Shown piece after piece: positions 18,172 to 61,759 of a stretch of 64,000 bases of DNA (positions within the stretch are counted from its first letter, which is position 1; each line of letters begins with the position of its first letter). The notes beneath the pieces were generated by a model. It was not told where the DNA came from. It saw nothing but the letters and a program-made list of their open reading frames with translations, and searched no databases. This DNA comes from the human T2T-CHM13v2.0 reference genome, Homo sapiens, in the NCBI RefSeq assembly GCF_009914755.1, contig NC_060926.1; one strand, written 5' to 3'. The translations under genes were made by a program, and so were the position numbers.

Positions 18172-19688
18172 TTACACACTGAGCAGCACATCCTTCCCCT
18201 GGGAGTACTGCAGACATTTCCCAGCCTAGGGCCCCACTCACTTGGCAGCACTCAGCTCCTGGGGATCCAGCTAGCTCTGTGGCCACAAACTTCCTTAGTA
18301 CTGTGCTGGGGTTCTGAAGGGGTCCAGGTGCTGGCCAGATCAATGTGAGTCGAGCAGCTGTAACCATGGGAGACACAGCCCCTTGTTTTCCTTTCCCTAT
18401 AACAGACAGTCCAAGTGAGATAAGTGCCTGCGCATAGAAAGCTTATCAAACTTAATTTTAAATACTCAAAACTGAATTCTGTGGAAAAGTCACTCCCAGA
18501 AACTTTTGTGGTGTGATGTATGGCTGTATGTGCCAGAGTGGCTTTGCAGACAATGGAAACTGGGAAAATATCCAGAGACTGCTTTTGAACGCTCACAGCC
18601 AGAAGAGTCGATTTGGTTCTAGGCTAGAGTGGGGAAATTGTGATGTGGCTGAAAGGAACAAGAGTGCCCCTCAGCCGGCAGGCATTCGCTGGGGCTCCGA
18701 AGTTAAACCCCAACATAGGAATGGGCTGAACATACCAGCCCTGTGCTGGTACAAGTCCTTATGCATCCCCTGCGTCTCCTCCCAGTGTCGCTGGTGAGTG
18801 GCTCCCTCGGAGAGGGGATGTGAGGACAGATTTTGCTCTTCTGGGATGTGTGGGGGATGACTGAGCCAGGGCTAAGCTGGCAAGGAAAGGGCAGCTTCTA
18901 TAAACACTGCAGAATGGACACAGCTGGGGACTGCTCTGGGAAGGGAGATGCCCTCCCTCCATCCGGGTGAGCAAAGCCAGAGGTGTGAACAGGCTCTTCC
19001 CAGCAAGGGGTGCTGGCAGATAGTGGCCTAGGGGGATTTCTCTATCTCTCCTCCTCGACTGCGGGGGACAGATAAGATCTGGGACACATTTATGTGAAGC
19101 TAACAGCCATGAGCCCAGCATTGCTCTTTTCTCTCCTGAGAAGTTTCTCCTTTTTAACTGTCTCCCTGGACGCCTGGGCTGCCAAAAGAAAATGCCTTTT
19201 ATCTTCAAATTCTCCTTGTCTTTTCAGAGCTAGGTACTTAAGGGCTTCTCAGTTAGTAGACAGATAAATGGTAACTTTGGCTTTCTTGCTTATAATCAAG
19301 AATCATTCCACTAGAAGGATCCATTCTAGTATTCTAGTAGAGAAATCCATAGAGCCTGATTTCTAATTTTCTAATTAAAACGTATTTATACCCTATTCAT
19401 ACTAATATTGAACAGTTCTCAGTTTTCCTTTTAACCACAACTGTGACCTCTCAAGTTCCATTTCCTAAGTGCACCTACTGAAAATAAGGCAGTGTCTTTT
19501 TTGCCTGCCAGTGTTGTAAAAAATAGGCATTTTGTAAACACAAATTTTATGAATAGCATATACATATTCATCAAGCTCTTAGGCTAATTTGCAAAGTTCA
19601 TCACTTGTTGATTCCTACAATAAACTGAAATAAGGAAAGGTACTGCTCAGAACACACTTGAAACAACTTTGGTATAAATATATATATA

Positions 19689-19985
19689 TTTTTGAGACGG
19701 AGTCTCGCTCTGTCGCCCAGGCTGGAGTGCAGTGGCGCAATCTCGGCTCACTGCGAGCTGCGCTTCCCGGGTTCACTCACACCATTCTGCCTCAGCCTCC
19801 CAAGTAGCTAGGACTACAGGCGCCCGCCACCACGCCCAGCTAATTTTTTTTTTTTTTTTGTATTTTTAGTAGAGACGGGGTTTCACCGTGTTAGCCAGGA
19901 TGGTCTCGATCTCCTGACCTCGTGATCCGCCCACCTCGGCCTCCCAAAGTGCTGAGATTACAGGCGTGAGCCCCCGCGCCGGGTC
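19689..19985 (-). mobile_element. AluY
   Basis: CpG-rich antisense Alu. Confidence 0.92.
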
Positions 19986-20704
19986 TCAAAAAATATTAAT
20001 GCCTAGAAATATTTATGTCTCAATACTTGAATAATTATTTTTCTCATGAACCAATGAACTCCAAGCCAGCCCTCTAATGAAGTTCTACTTTATTTTTCTT
20101 TAATACTCATTTGAATGTTACGTTAAATTCATATTTTCATAGCCAATAGTTGAAAAGATTGAAAATGCCAATAAACTAATTGACAATATAAAATGTAAAA
20201 GTAATTATGTCACACAGGCTCATGAACTACAGTGGATTTAAAAAGCTGAAGAGCTCAATGCAAGTGCCCTCTACCCGAAGTGTGTGCTCTTGAGGGCACA
20301 TTCCGCATGGCCAAGCCTTTGTGGTGTCGCCGGGCCTGGCGTCCTCAGCTAGTGGCGCACATCCCCCTGGACTGGTTGTGGACACGACAGCCTCCTCAGA
20401 TTGGGAAGCGACCTGAGAAGCGGTGCTCGGAAGACAGAGGAGGCTGGCCTGGCGCTCTTCAGGCTGAACTCTGCCTGCGTTGCCTTGCGGTGGGTTCCAC
20501 AGCAGACGCTTCCCCCTTAAGGGAGATGTTGTGAAAGGAAGGTGCTAACTGTCAGGGGAAGGTGGCGGTGCCAGGCTTTCTGGCTCCAGCTTTGGCTCCT
20601 TCTCGCTGTTGTTCTGCTGTCTCTACCTACCGGTCACAGTGGTGCTGGGGACACACGTGTCCCTCTCCCAAGGATCTGGAGCCAAAGGCGCTTTCATGAA
20701 AATA

Positions 20705-20710
20705 TTTATT
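20705..20710 (-). terminator. Candidate CFC1 polyadenylation signal (AATAAA)
   Basis: tttatt on the + strand, about 75 nt downstream of the CFC1 stop. Confidence 0.7.
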
Positions 20711-20784
20711 ACCCAATAAAAATATTCACCCAGTGCTTCAGCTTACGGTAAACTAAACACATCTATTATTTACAACATAGAAAA

Positions 20785-27195
<6,411 letters not shown>

Positions 27196-28536
27196 TTTTG
27201 GTTTGAGAGTCTCCTTCTCTTAGTGCATTGAAGATCAGTTTCCAGGAAAGCTGAATCTGAAGAGTCTCTGCATTTGAAGGTGTCTTTACTCCAGGCCCCG
27301 GGGACACAGAATGGACGAGTACAGAAGATGTGGATGTTCCCTTCCCTTCCTCAGCCAGGAGAAACGGGATGGTATCTTGAGTTCTGCAGTCCCTGAGCTA
27401 GGGTCGGGGGCGCAGTGACAGGCAGGCCCCTCCGAGCCTGAAGAACAATTCCCTCTATGAGACCTGGCTGGGGGGTGGGGACTTGGGCTGACTCCCCCCA
27501 GCAGTGTTTACAGTGCTGACAGCAGCAGGAGTGACCAATCCCTGATGTAAAACATTGGTATCCAAGGTGACGAGCCATTTTCTCACTGGAAAAAAAAAAA
27601 AATCCCAACATGAACAAAAAGCTTTCACAGGAAGGTGGAGATTTTCTACTGCATACTACTTGTACTGGGAGATGGTGAGGGGCCCTGTGGGAGAGGGAGC
27701 TCCTGTGTGGGGCACAGGCAACAGCCTGGGGTCCCAGCCGCCCTGAGTGGGGAACACGAGGATAAGGGAAAGCACGTCACCCCTGCTTTAAGAGAGGCCC
27801 CCTTACTCTGCAGATGGAGCCTCTTCTCTGTGCCCAGCAAGTGGGGGAGGGGCACTGCCCCCATTTACTATAGGACCCTCTAGGGTAGGCACTATTATTA
27901 TCCCCCACGTGAAAAGAGAGAAAGGGAGGCTTAGAGAGTTTAAGTCCTTTGGCAGTTAGATCTCTGAGAAACATGAATGGCACCGATATGATGAGGAGAT
28001 ACCCACAGGTATTTAAGGCGAGCCCTTAGGAGCACAGGCGCAACTGCGGCGCCCGCCCATCGCCAGAGGAGCCTGCTGAATCCAAACGGAACCCAAGGAA
28101 GGAGTGATTTGGGGTATTTTCTAGCACCTTCTAAATCTGCTTTTCTAACTACCAGAATAGGGACTGAGCCCCTTTTATCAGCACTAAAGAAGACACTTTG
28201 CAACCCAGTGTTGCAAATTGTTCTGTGATTTTAATATAAAAACTCATTTCTAAAAATAGTATTCTTCCTCCAAGGCTGAAATAGTCTTTAATGGTGATTT
28301 AATTTCTTACATCTTTACGTGTGAGGTTTATTAAAGAGGCTGTTAAATAAAGCAATAGGAAATTGGAGGACCGGGCTACCCTGGGGGGCCTCCCAGCAAT
28401 GGGTCCTGTGGGCTGCAAGGACCAGGTCAAGGCCAGCAGACCCGAGTGGGCAGAGCACATGGAGGAAGGTGCCCCAGGACTTCATCAAGCATCTGTAAGT
28501 GCTGTAAGTCATGAGACAAACACCTTGTTAATTTTG

Positions 28537-29129
<593 letters not shown>

Positions 29130-30299
29130 GAAAAATACACTTTTAAACTCAGTGGTTACTACTGGTTAATTGCATCATTTAATTATATGTAAAAGTAAGT
29201 ACATTTTATGACTTTAAGTTAATAGAATCTTTTGCATGAGCTAAATTGTTTGTATACTAAAATGAAGATGTATATAAGCTAGATGATTGTATTTTTTGTA
29301 TAAATAAGTTTTAAAACTGTTCATTTTACAGAGTGATATTGAAACCAAACCTCTCTGACAATAGTAAAGCTTTAAAAGCAGCCTCTAAAATCTAACTTTC
29401 CCCCACAGTTTATTTATTAAATTTTACCTTAGTGGACATTTCCAAACATACACAAAGGCTGGTAGAATGAGCCAATAAACCCAGGTTCAACAATTAAGTA
29501 TCAGCCTTTGCCAATTTTATTTCATTTGTTTCCTCCCTAACTTTTTTCTTGAAGTTTTAAAAACTCCAATACATCATGACATTTCATATGTAGAGTAAGA
29601 TTTTGAAAATCTGCACTTTATAAGTGGAAACTAGGAAAAAAAAACGTCTTGCCAGCAAGACAGAACTGAGAAGCAAGAAATAGCAGTGCGACGTGCTTAA
29701 GCTGTTTGCTTAAGCTCTGCAGTCGGCTCTGAGGAGAAGGGCTGATGGCCAGGCAATAAAGCTTCTGATGACCTATTTTCGCCAAACTGTCACTTGCTCT
29801 CCACACAAAGCGGTCCCAGGTTGCCGCATTGACTCAAAGGTCTTATAAAAGGGTTTTGCATTTTACTGCAGAGGCGCTGCCCTGTTTGCCATCAAGAGGC
29901 CCAGCTGGAAGGGTTGCCTGGGAGCACTGGAAGGGAGGAGGTGGGTCCCTGCCAGGAAAGGGCCTCTTTTCTCCTTATCAGCTGTGAACAGATAAGGCTG
30001 GAGCCGACCCACCCGTCAAAACTCCAGAGGAATGTTCTGGCTCATAGAGTGTGTGGGACCGGAACCCCGTGCCAGGACTGGAGGCCCCGTCAATGTTCTC
30101 AGCACATCCATCATGAAGGAAAATGCTCTGCAACAAATTAGGTGTGAAGGGATTCTCTGAGGAGGACTTTAAAGCGATGGCTGTCCAAGTGGGCTGTCCC
30201 CGGCACCTGTGGGGAGTGAGAAACACCTTTCTCCACCCTCCTGGCTTCTTGGGTGGGGCTGCTTTCTGTCTCACACATTTTCCTCATCTAGAGATTGCA

Positions 30300-30675
30300 T
30301 GTGAGGGGAATCATGCAGTATTTTCCTTTTGCGTCCGGCCTATGCCACGTAGCATAATGTCTTTTAGGTCCATCTGTGCTGTAGCGCACATCAGAGCTTC
30401 ACTCCTTTTGTGACTGAATAATATTTCACGAACACCCATCCACCGCATTTTGTCTGTTTGTCATCTGTTGATGCATATTTGGTTTTTCTACCTTTTGGAA
30501 GAGCACAGTGAGATGGTAGCTATCCACATACCGATAAAGGAGGACTCCGGGGAACCCAAATCTGGTGACGCCTTGATTTCAGACTTCCAGCCTCCAGAAC
30601 TGTGAGAGGAAATGTCTCTGTGGGTTAGGCCTCCCAGCCTGCGGCATTTGGTTAGGGCAGCCCGAGCTGACAGAT
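30300..30675. mobile_element. L1M fragment (~30300-30490) plus MLT1-type MaLR LTR fragment (~30500-30675)
   Basis: L1M antisense motif aggtccatctgtgctgtagc...gtgactgaataatatt; MLT1 motif ccttgatttcagacttccagcctccagaactgtgag. Confidence 0.65.
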
Positions 30676-31228
30676 ACACCAGGTTTTTGTTTTTCCATGA
30701 TTGTTATGTGTTATGTAATTTAGTAATTTTTGCTGCATTTAGAGTGCATTTGTACTGGTGGCTTTCTAGAATTACAGAGAGCATCTTTTACGCAGGGTCC
30801 TTACACAGACATTTTCATTCACGGGGGGACCCTGTAGACAGTCCTCAAAGGCAATGGCGTGAGTCCGGCTGATGTTCCTTTAAATCAAATGGTGAATCTG
30901 AACTGTTGTGTGGCCCTTCAGAAAGCCCAGCACAGTCTGAGATGCTCATTTTGGCCTCCAGGCAGTGACCATGCTGGACAGAACATCACCTCCGCAAGCA
31001 GTCGGGCTCCAGGACCAAACTTCATTTTCCAGATGATGCTATGCTCAGATAAGGACCTTTATTAATTATACCAATTTTTATTTAGCATAATTAGCAATGC
31101 TTTTAGTCTCTAAATCATACAAAATACCTGCCAGAAAAGATGTACTTGAACAAAACATGGTGCAGAAAGCAAAAATTCCCTGAAGTAAAAATGGAAGCTG
31201 AAAATAATGCACTTTAAGAGAGAGATGG

Positions 31229-31641
31229 GGGCCGGGCACGGTGGCTCACACCAGTAATCCCAACACTTTGGGAGGCTGAGGCGGGTGGATCACGAAGTCA
31301 GGAGATGGAGACCATTTTGGCTAACATGGTGAAACCCTGTCTCTACTAAAAAAAAAGTACAAAAATTAGCCAGGCATGGTGGTGGGTGCCTGTAGTCCCA
31401 GCTACTTGGGAGGCTGAGGCAGGAGAATTACTTGAACCCGGGAGGCGGGGTTGCAGTGAGCTGAGATTGCGCCACTGCACTCCAGCCTGGGTAACAGAGT
31501 GAGACTCTGTCTCAAGAAACAAACAAACAAACAAAAGCAATGAATCACATGAATCTGGGAGGCGGAGGTTGCAGTGAGCTGAGATTGTGCCACTGCACTC
31601 CAGCCTGGGTGACAGAGTGAGACTCTGTCTCAAAAAAAAAA
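31229..31641 (+). mobile_element. AluS plus an extra Alu right-arm 3' fragment (31546-31641)
   Basis: The Alu 3' end occurs twice in tandem. Confidence 0.9.
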
Positions 31642-33116
31642 GAGAGAGATTGGATCTTTCAGGGAGGCAGGCAGTCACGTGCTGAAGGACAGGCCTGGCG
31701 TGCAGGGGCCCTCCTGGGAGTGCAGGCTCAAGGAGGGGAATCAGCCTGTCCTCACCTCTGGGCTCAGAGCTGGGTCAGGCATCAAGACCATTTTATCTTC
31801 CCATGGCAGTGCCAGTGCTGCTGCAGAGCCCTGAGGACTGGGACACAGAGAAGCACCCTCCCTCAGGAGCTTCCCTTTCAACTGGGTGGCATTCAGGAAA
31901 CAGCCAGGACCCTGCAGTGCCTGAGTGCTTTGACCAGAAGCATTTGGGCTTGGAAGGGTCTTTCCTGCCCTTTCCTCCACCCAGCCCCTACACCCTCCAC
32001 TTCCAGCCTGGTGGCCTCTCCCCTGCACCAGCACATATGGCCTCCCCTAGGGTAGGAGGGAGAGGGTGAGAGAGTGGGAGTCCCCGCCTTTTGTGACCTG
32101 CTGTCTGTTAGAGGTGAGTCCAGGGCCACTCTAAGGGTGGAGGTTGCACATTGGCATGAAGGCCAGGAAGGACTCTTTGGGGCCCTGTCAGAGACTTAGC
32201 CACACCCATAGATTAAACTCGTTTTGCCATATGTGCTATTTTGTTTTTAGTGAAGAATTTTAAAGTAAATTACATACATCATGACATCTTCTTCCTGAAT
32301 ATTTTCATATTTAGGATGTCTGAAAAATGAGGCTGTGTTCCCACAAATCTGTATTAGATGGAACTGAATTAACAACAGTGCTCCAGAACCCTGGACCATC
32401 CAGCCTAAATTCCATTTGGGGATGAGATGCGTTTTTGCCTCAGAATCCCAAGCGGTAAGCACCATCAACCCCTCAGTTCATATCTCAATCTTCCTTTCTA
32501 TTGGATTTTGTTCTCAATTTCTAACTTCTTACTAGATTATATCTCATTTAATTCTACTTGTTAAAGCTGATTTATTCTAAAATTTGATGAAGCAAAAGTC
32601 TGGATTTTGCCTCAATATAATAAGAACCACTTAATTATAAACATTGATGCAGGGCTTTGCTAACCTGCATTTTGTTCTTGGTATAGCCACATGTCTTTGG
32701 GGCCCCTTAAAAGGTAATTTTCCATATGAAGCACTTCTATATGGATCTACAATAAGAATTAACTTTAAAGTTAGTATTTTATTGGGGGATGATGCCCTGC
32801 TGATGAAACTCTGTGAATCAACCTCATTTGTTCATAGATAGCACTTGATATATAAAGAGCTTAACACTAGTCCCTCCAGACTGCACACCAATGTTCTGGA
32901 TTTCACAGTGAGACTCAGAGGGTGCATGGGGGTTGTCACCTGCAGCTCTGGGATCCAGCCAGTTGGGCTGGGGCTTCCTCCCTGTTTAAATTTGAAAAGG
33001 AAACCAGTTTGGAGTAAGAAGTAGATTTTGCCTTGAAACAGCCAACCTACCAGTTTTAATGATTGACAACTGAGTTCACATAGAGAACTGAGCTCAATTT
33101 AAGAGTTAATAAAATG

Positions 33117-33876
<760 letters not shown>

Positions 33877-34064
33877 TCAGGCCCAGGTCCAATAAGGGAC
33901 CCAGAGGGGCTGTGTGGAGTAGAGCTCTGCAGTTCTGAATGCCCACCCTGCTGGGAATAAGGTCATGCTTGATCCAAATGACTGCAGACCCAGCAAAGGA
34001 CTCAGTTCTGATAAGACCTCAGCAATTTCCTGGGTGAATTTCAAGCCACTTCATTAATAAGTCA

Positions 34065-34510
34065 AAGCTTCACAATCGCAAAGATAAGGAATCGACCAAG
34101 GTGTCCATCATTGGATAAACGGATAAAGATAATGTGCCATATATACACAATGGTAAACTATTCAGCCATAAAAAGAACGAAATCATGTCTTTTGCAGCAA
34201 CCTGGATGGAAATGGAAGCCATTATCTTAAGTTCTTAAGTGAAATAAGCCAGGCATAGAAAGACAAACATTGCATGTGCTCACTCATAATTGGGAGCTAA
34301 AAAATATGTATGCTGAAAGTAAGATGAGAGACAATGGAGACAAAGGGTGAAGGGGTGGCAGGGAGGAGGAGGAGGAGAAATTGGTTAATGGGTGCAATGT
34401 ACATTATTCTGGTGACGGATATCCTAAAAGCCCCAACTTGGCCACTATGCAATCCATGCATGTAACAAAATTGCACATGTACCCCATGAATGTGTACAAA
34501 TGAAAAAATA
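34065..34510 (+). mobile_element. L1 3' end (L1MA/L1PB-like)
   Basis: ctattcagccataaaaagaacgaaatcatgtctttgcagcaacctggatggaa...gcacatgtacccc then A-rich end. Confidence 0.85.
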
Positions 34511-35059
34511 AGCTTCCTATTTTCACAAAGACAACAATCCCCTCATGCCACATAGTTTATTAATTGTTGACTTTGTGTTTGAGCTGCAAATAACTATTGT
34601 CACACAACTGTTTATGAACAATAGCTGCTTAGGGATTTCCTGAAATCTCTCCAGCAGGTGCACCTCTGTTGACATTGCTGCACGCTCCCACCCTCCTAAT
34701 TCAGTCACCAGCACTCCTGAGAGCCTGCTCAGGCCCTGGCTCACTAAGTTAAGAAGAAAGCACCTTCCCTCTGCCAGCTCCAGTGTGAGGTGTGATAGAG
34801 GTCACATGCTGGGAGACGGAAGGAGGGGTACCTGATTTGAACAGGAAGGAGGGGTGTGTGATTTACGGCCATTCTGGCTGGAAAGAAGAAGGAAGAGTGG
34901 GAGCCTTTCAGGAAGACTGGGTGGGACTCCTGAATGTGGCAGGGGGTAGGAGGCCTTGGGGCTTGTGCCCTGTGGCTAAGTTGCAGGGTAGGCTGGGGTT
35001 CCAGCCTGGGTGGCATGAGAAGAGGGGTGGCTATGATAGCAGTGTTTGTCCTGTCTGAA

Positions 35060-35427
35060 ACTCCTGCTGAAACTGAATCCCCAGTGTGGCAGTGTGAGAA
35101 GTTGGGTTCTTTAAGTGGCGATTGGGTCCTGAGGGCTTCATTCTCACGAATGGACTCATCCACCATGAGTTAATGGATTAGTGCATTATGATATCAATGG
35201 GACTGAAGGCTTTAAAGGAAGAAGAAGAAGAGGTAGCATCAGCATGCTCCACCTCCTTGCCATGGACTGTCCTACACTGCCTTGGGACTCTGCAGAGTCC
35301 TCACCAGCAAGAAGTTCCTCACCAGATGTGCTCCCTCGACCTTGGGAGAGAAATGAAAATTTCTTTTCTTTATCAATTACCCAGTTTCACGTTTTCTGCT
35401 ATAAACAGCATATAACAGACTAAGACA
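35060..35427 (+). mobile_element. MST-type MaLR LTR
   Basis: Ends ...aattacccagtttcacgttttctgctataaacagcatataacagactaagaca, the MaLR LTR terminus. Confidence 0.7.
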
Positions 35428-35912
35428 GGTGCTGCTTGGGTTCAATGCTAAACACGTGATTTCTCTAACTTAGCAAATCGCCAAAAGCTAGGGTTCAGTC
35501 CAGTGTCTCTGATGCAGATTCACTGTTGGTGGCATTGGGCAAGGGCTCAGGGTAGCTGGGCAGCCTCAGCAGGGTGCAGTGCCAGGTCTCTTTCCAGAGG
35601 TGGCAGGTGTGAATGCACAGAGGTAGGGACCTCACTGGTTTTGGCAGACCGTTTAACCTCTCAGAGCTGGTTTCTTCAAGCACTACTTCAGCTAGTCTTA
35701 GACAAGAGGCTGTGGGGCTAAGCTTAGTGTGGAAGGGAGGGGAGATGAACACATCAATCATTAGTGTCCAAGAAGAGATGCGGAGGAAAGACTGTGGAAA
35801 CAGAAAGCAGGGAGGACATTGTCTGCTTGGAAGAGCCAGCAAAACTGGGTGGAGGACACAGAGTGGTGGAGAGAGGGGCTGAGGTCAGCAGGTATAAGGT
35901 CAGCATGAGCAG

Positions 35913-36361
35913 TGTTAAAGAAAAATTACTCAACGTTACTAGCATGGCAGGTGGACTTTATTCCAGACCATTGAGGTAGGTATAGGTGGATCGAGATAGA
36001 TCAGGTTCAACTCAAATACAGCATGGGCGAGGGGGAGCTGATAACCAAGGAGCAGGGTTGGGGGCAGTGGGTGGAAAATGACTAAAAGGTGATTCAGAGT
36101 TAAAGGACTCTGGCTAATCTGGCCCAATAGGATTCTTGCTGACGACAGGCCATGGTGGTCAGACTTCACCTTGGGGACGATGGAGGATGAGGAGCCTCAT
36201 CAGATATGGAGGGCGATGAGGTATTGAGGGTAGGGGCTTCTTGCTAAACTGACTTACCAAGGTTCTTGGTGAAACTGGATTTTACCAGGACGTGCACAGA
36301 TGGACGTAGGAGGAGGTTCGGGAGCTGGACTACCCTTTGGCCAAGCAGAGAATCTTTGTTA
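35913..36361. mobile_element. ERV1 solo LTR (MER31-like)
   Basis: tgttaaagaaaaattactcaa...gccaagcagagaatctttgtta, about 450 bp, resembling MER31 (recall). Confidence 0.6.
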
Positions 36362-36419
36362 GCAGGAAGCTGAGGGCCCGTTGCAGGGCAGCAGAGTGAT
36401 AGGTAAATAGGGGGAGCAT

Positions 36420-38190
<1,771 letters not shown>

Positions 38191-38799
38191 TGACTGCTCC
38201 TCCAAGCCCCCTCTTGCCGGCGTGGACACAGCGGTCTGCACCTTGACCCTATTGCATGCCAGTGGAGCAGAGCCCCCCAGGCCAGAAGCCCTATAGCTGT
38301 TGGCCCTGGCTTGGACACCGGGCAGGGGGCACCGGGGCAGGAGCTGGCCGCGATCCTGTGGCCCCAAATGCCCCCTCGCTGATGGCCTCGTGTTCTGGGT
38401 GCAGAGCAAAGAGGACCAGGTGTCAAAGGCACCTCAGGCAGGCGCTGGGCTCAGTGGGCATCTTGTGCTCCGGGATTTTGAGGCCATTTGCAGCCAGCTC
38501 CTCCAGCCCCAGCTCCGAGCTGCAGACGCTGCCACGCACAACAGCACCGCCAGGAGTGTCCCGGGGGCTTTCTTCAGAGGAGGCTGTCAGCATCCTCAAG
38601 TTCCAGCCGCTTAGCCCCAGTCCTGCTTCAAGAGGCTTTTTTTTCACCAGAGGCTTCTCAATGGCCTGAAAGCTCAGCTGACTCCCATGAAGTTTGCCAG
38701 GAACATAAGGCTGTCGGTGACATTCGTGGCGCCAAGATTTAAACACGCGGTTGCACGCATTGGCCACTGTCTGTGCCACATGCACTGACGCCACCTGAG

Positions 38800-39036
38800 A
38801 TGCACACGCTGCACGCCGCACGCGCACGCCGCACGCGCACGCCGCACGCGCACGCGGCAGCGGCTTGGCTGGCTTGTAATGGCTTGCACGCGCACGCCAC
38901 ACGCGCATAGCGGTTTGGCTGGCCTGTAACGGCTTGCACGCGCACGCCGCACGCGCGTAATGGCTTGGCTGGCCTGTAACGGCTTGCACGCGCATGCTGC
39001 ACGCGGGTAACTGCTTGGCTGGCCTGTAGCGGCTTG
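38800..39036. repeat. CpG-rich tandem array upstream of POTEJ: 13-mer (gcacgccgcacgc)n followed by 3.5 copies of a 50-bp unit
   Basis: 50-bp units start at 38861, 38911, 38961 and 39011 (cggcttggctggcctgtaacggcttgcacgcgcacgccgcacgcgcgtaa). Confidence 0.9.
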
Positions 39037-39441
39037 GCTTGGCTTTGCGTTCTTTGCTTGGCTTGGTGTTGGTCGCTTGGCCTGGTGTTCCTCCTTGGAT
39101 TGACGTTTCCTCCTTGGATTGGCGTTTCCTCTCTCGCGTTCCCTTGCTAGGCTTGACCTTTTCTCTGCTGGGTTTGGCATTCCCTTGGGTGGGCTGGGTG
39201 TTTTCTTGGGGGGGGGGGGGGTTGGCCCTTCCTCGGGTGGGCGTGGGCTTTCCCCGGGTGGGTGTGGGTTTTCCCTGGGTGGGGTGGGTTGGGCTTACCT
39301 GCTGGGGTTGGCAGGTTTTGGCTGGGATTGACTTTTCTCTTCAAACAGATTGGAAACCCGGAGTTACCTGCTAGTTGGTGAAACTGGTTGGTAGACGTGA
39401 TCTGCTCGCTACTACCGGCCTCCCCAGGCTGTTAAAAGCAG

Positions 39442-60568
<21,127 letters not shown>

Positions 60569-60794
60569 GTAAGCCTATGGCAACATTGAACAGGAGATAA
60601 CTATGTGCTGTCAAACTAACCCTAGTTTGGGCTAATATTCATGATGAACAAATTTTATAGTTTTACTAGGATATTCAGCCTTGCCCATTAATCAGAAAAA
60701 TGAAAATCAGCGAACAATGAGTTACCATTTTTCCAGTCATTAATTTATTTGAAAAATAACCAGTATTGGCAAATGTGAGGGAAAAGGCATTTTC

Positions 60795-61140
60795 TTTTCT
60801 TTTTAGTGAACTTTTCTTTTAGTTTCAGGGGTACATGTGCAGGGTTATTATATAGGTAAAGTGTATCATGGAGATTTGGACGGCAGATTATTTCATCAGC
60901 CACATAATAAGCAAAACACCAAAAGTTAGTTTTTTGGTCATCTCCCTCCCGCGACGCTCCACCTTCAAGTAGACCCTGGTGCCTGTTATTCTCCTCTTTG
61001 TGTCCATGAGTTCTCATTATTTAGTTCCCACTAATGAGTAAGAATATGTGGCATTTGATTTTCTGTTCCTGCATTAGTTTGCTTAGGATAATGGCCTCCA
61101 GCTCCATCTGTGTTGCTGCAAAAGAAATGGTTTCATTGTA
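60795..61140 (-). mobile_element. L1PA/L1PB 3' end
   Basis: ggtacatgtgcagg...gttctcattatttagttcccact...tagtttgcttaggataatggcctccagctccatc. Confidence 0.85.
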
Positions 61141-61759
61141 AAAGACATTTCATACACTGCTGGTAAATACATTTTGAACATTAATTTAGTAGCATATTCA
61201 CAAACACATGTATAACAATAAGGATATATAATATATGTAAAGGATATTTGTGTAGATTTGTTACATATATACTTATGTATAAGGACATTTATTACAGCAT
61301 TATTATATCAAAAAGATGGATCCTTATCAATAGGAAATTATCATTATCAAAAGTAAATCATTACCAATAGGAAATAGCTCAATTTTCATACCCAGAAATT
61401 AATGTAGTATGCAACCATTTTTTACAAGTGAGGTTAGATCTAGAGTATACTGATTATTTCACAATTAAAGTGTATTTAAAGCATCAGTGATGACATCTTA
61501 AGAGTTCTTGTTAAAATTCTTGTAATATTTCCTGTGTTGCAAATGGAAGCTACATGCTATATTGACGCTGTACCTTGTTAGCAACAAGATTGCTAGTTAT
61601 TAAATTTTTATTGTCAGTGCCTGAGTGCTGAAATATTGGACCCTCAATCTGAATATTGCCAAGGGATTGTACATGGGGATCTGTATTTAATATAAACGTT
61701 TCAGTATATTGGGTAAAACTTTTATTAAAATATATCAAAGGATCTTTCATCTGCTAAAC

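Noticed and set aside
38800-39036. Regularly spaced repeats that superficially resemble a CRISPR array
   Set aside because: Units are contiguous with no unique spacers, there are no cas genes, and the DNA is primate genomic sequence.
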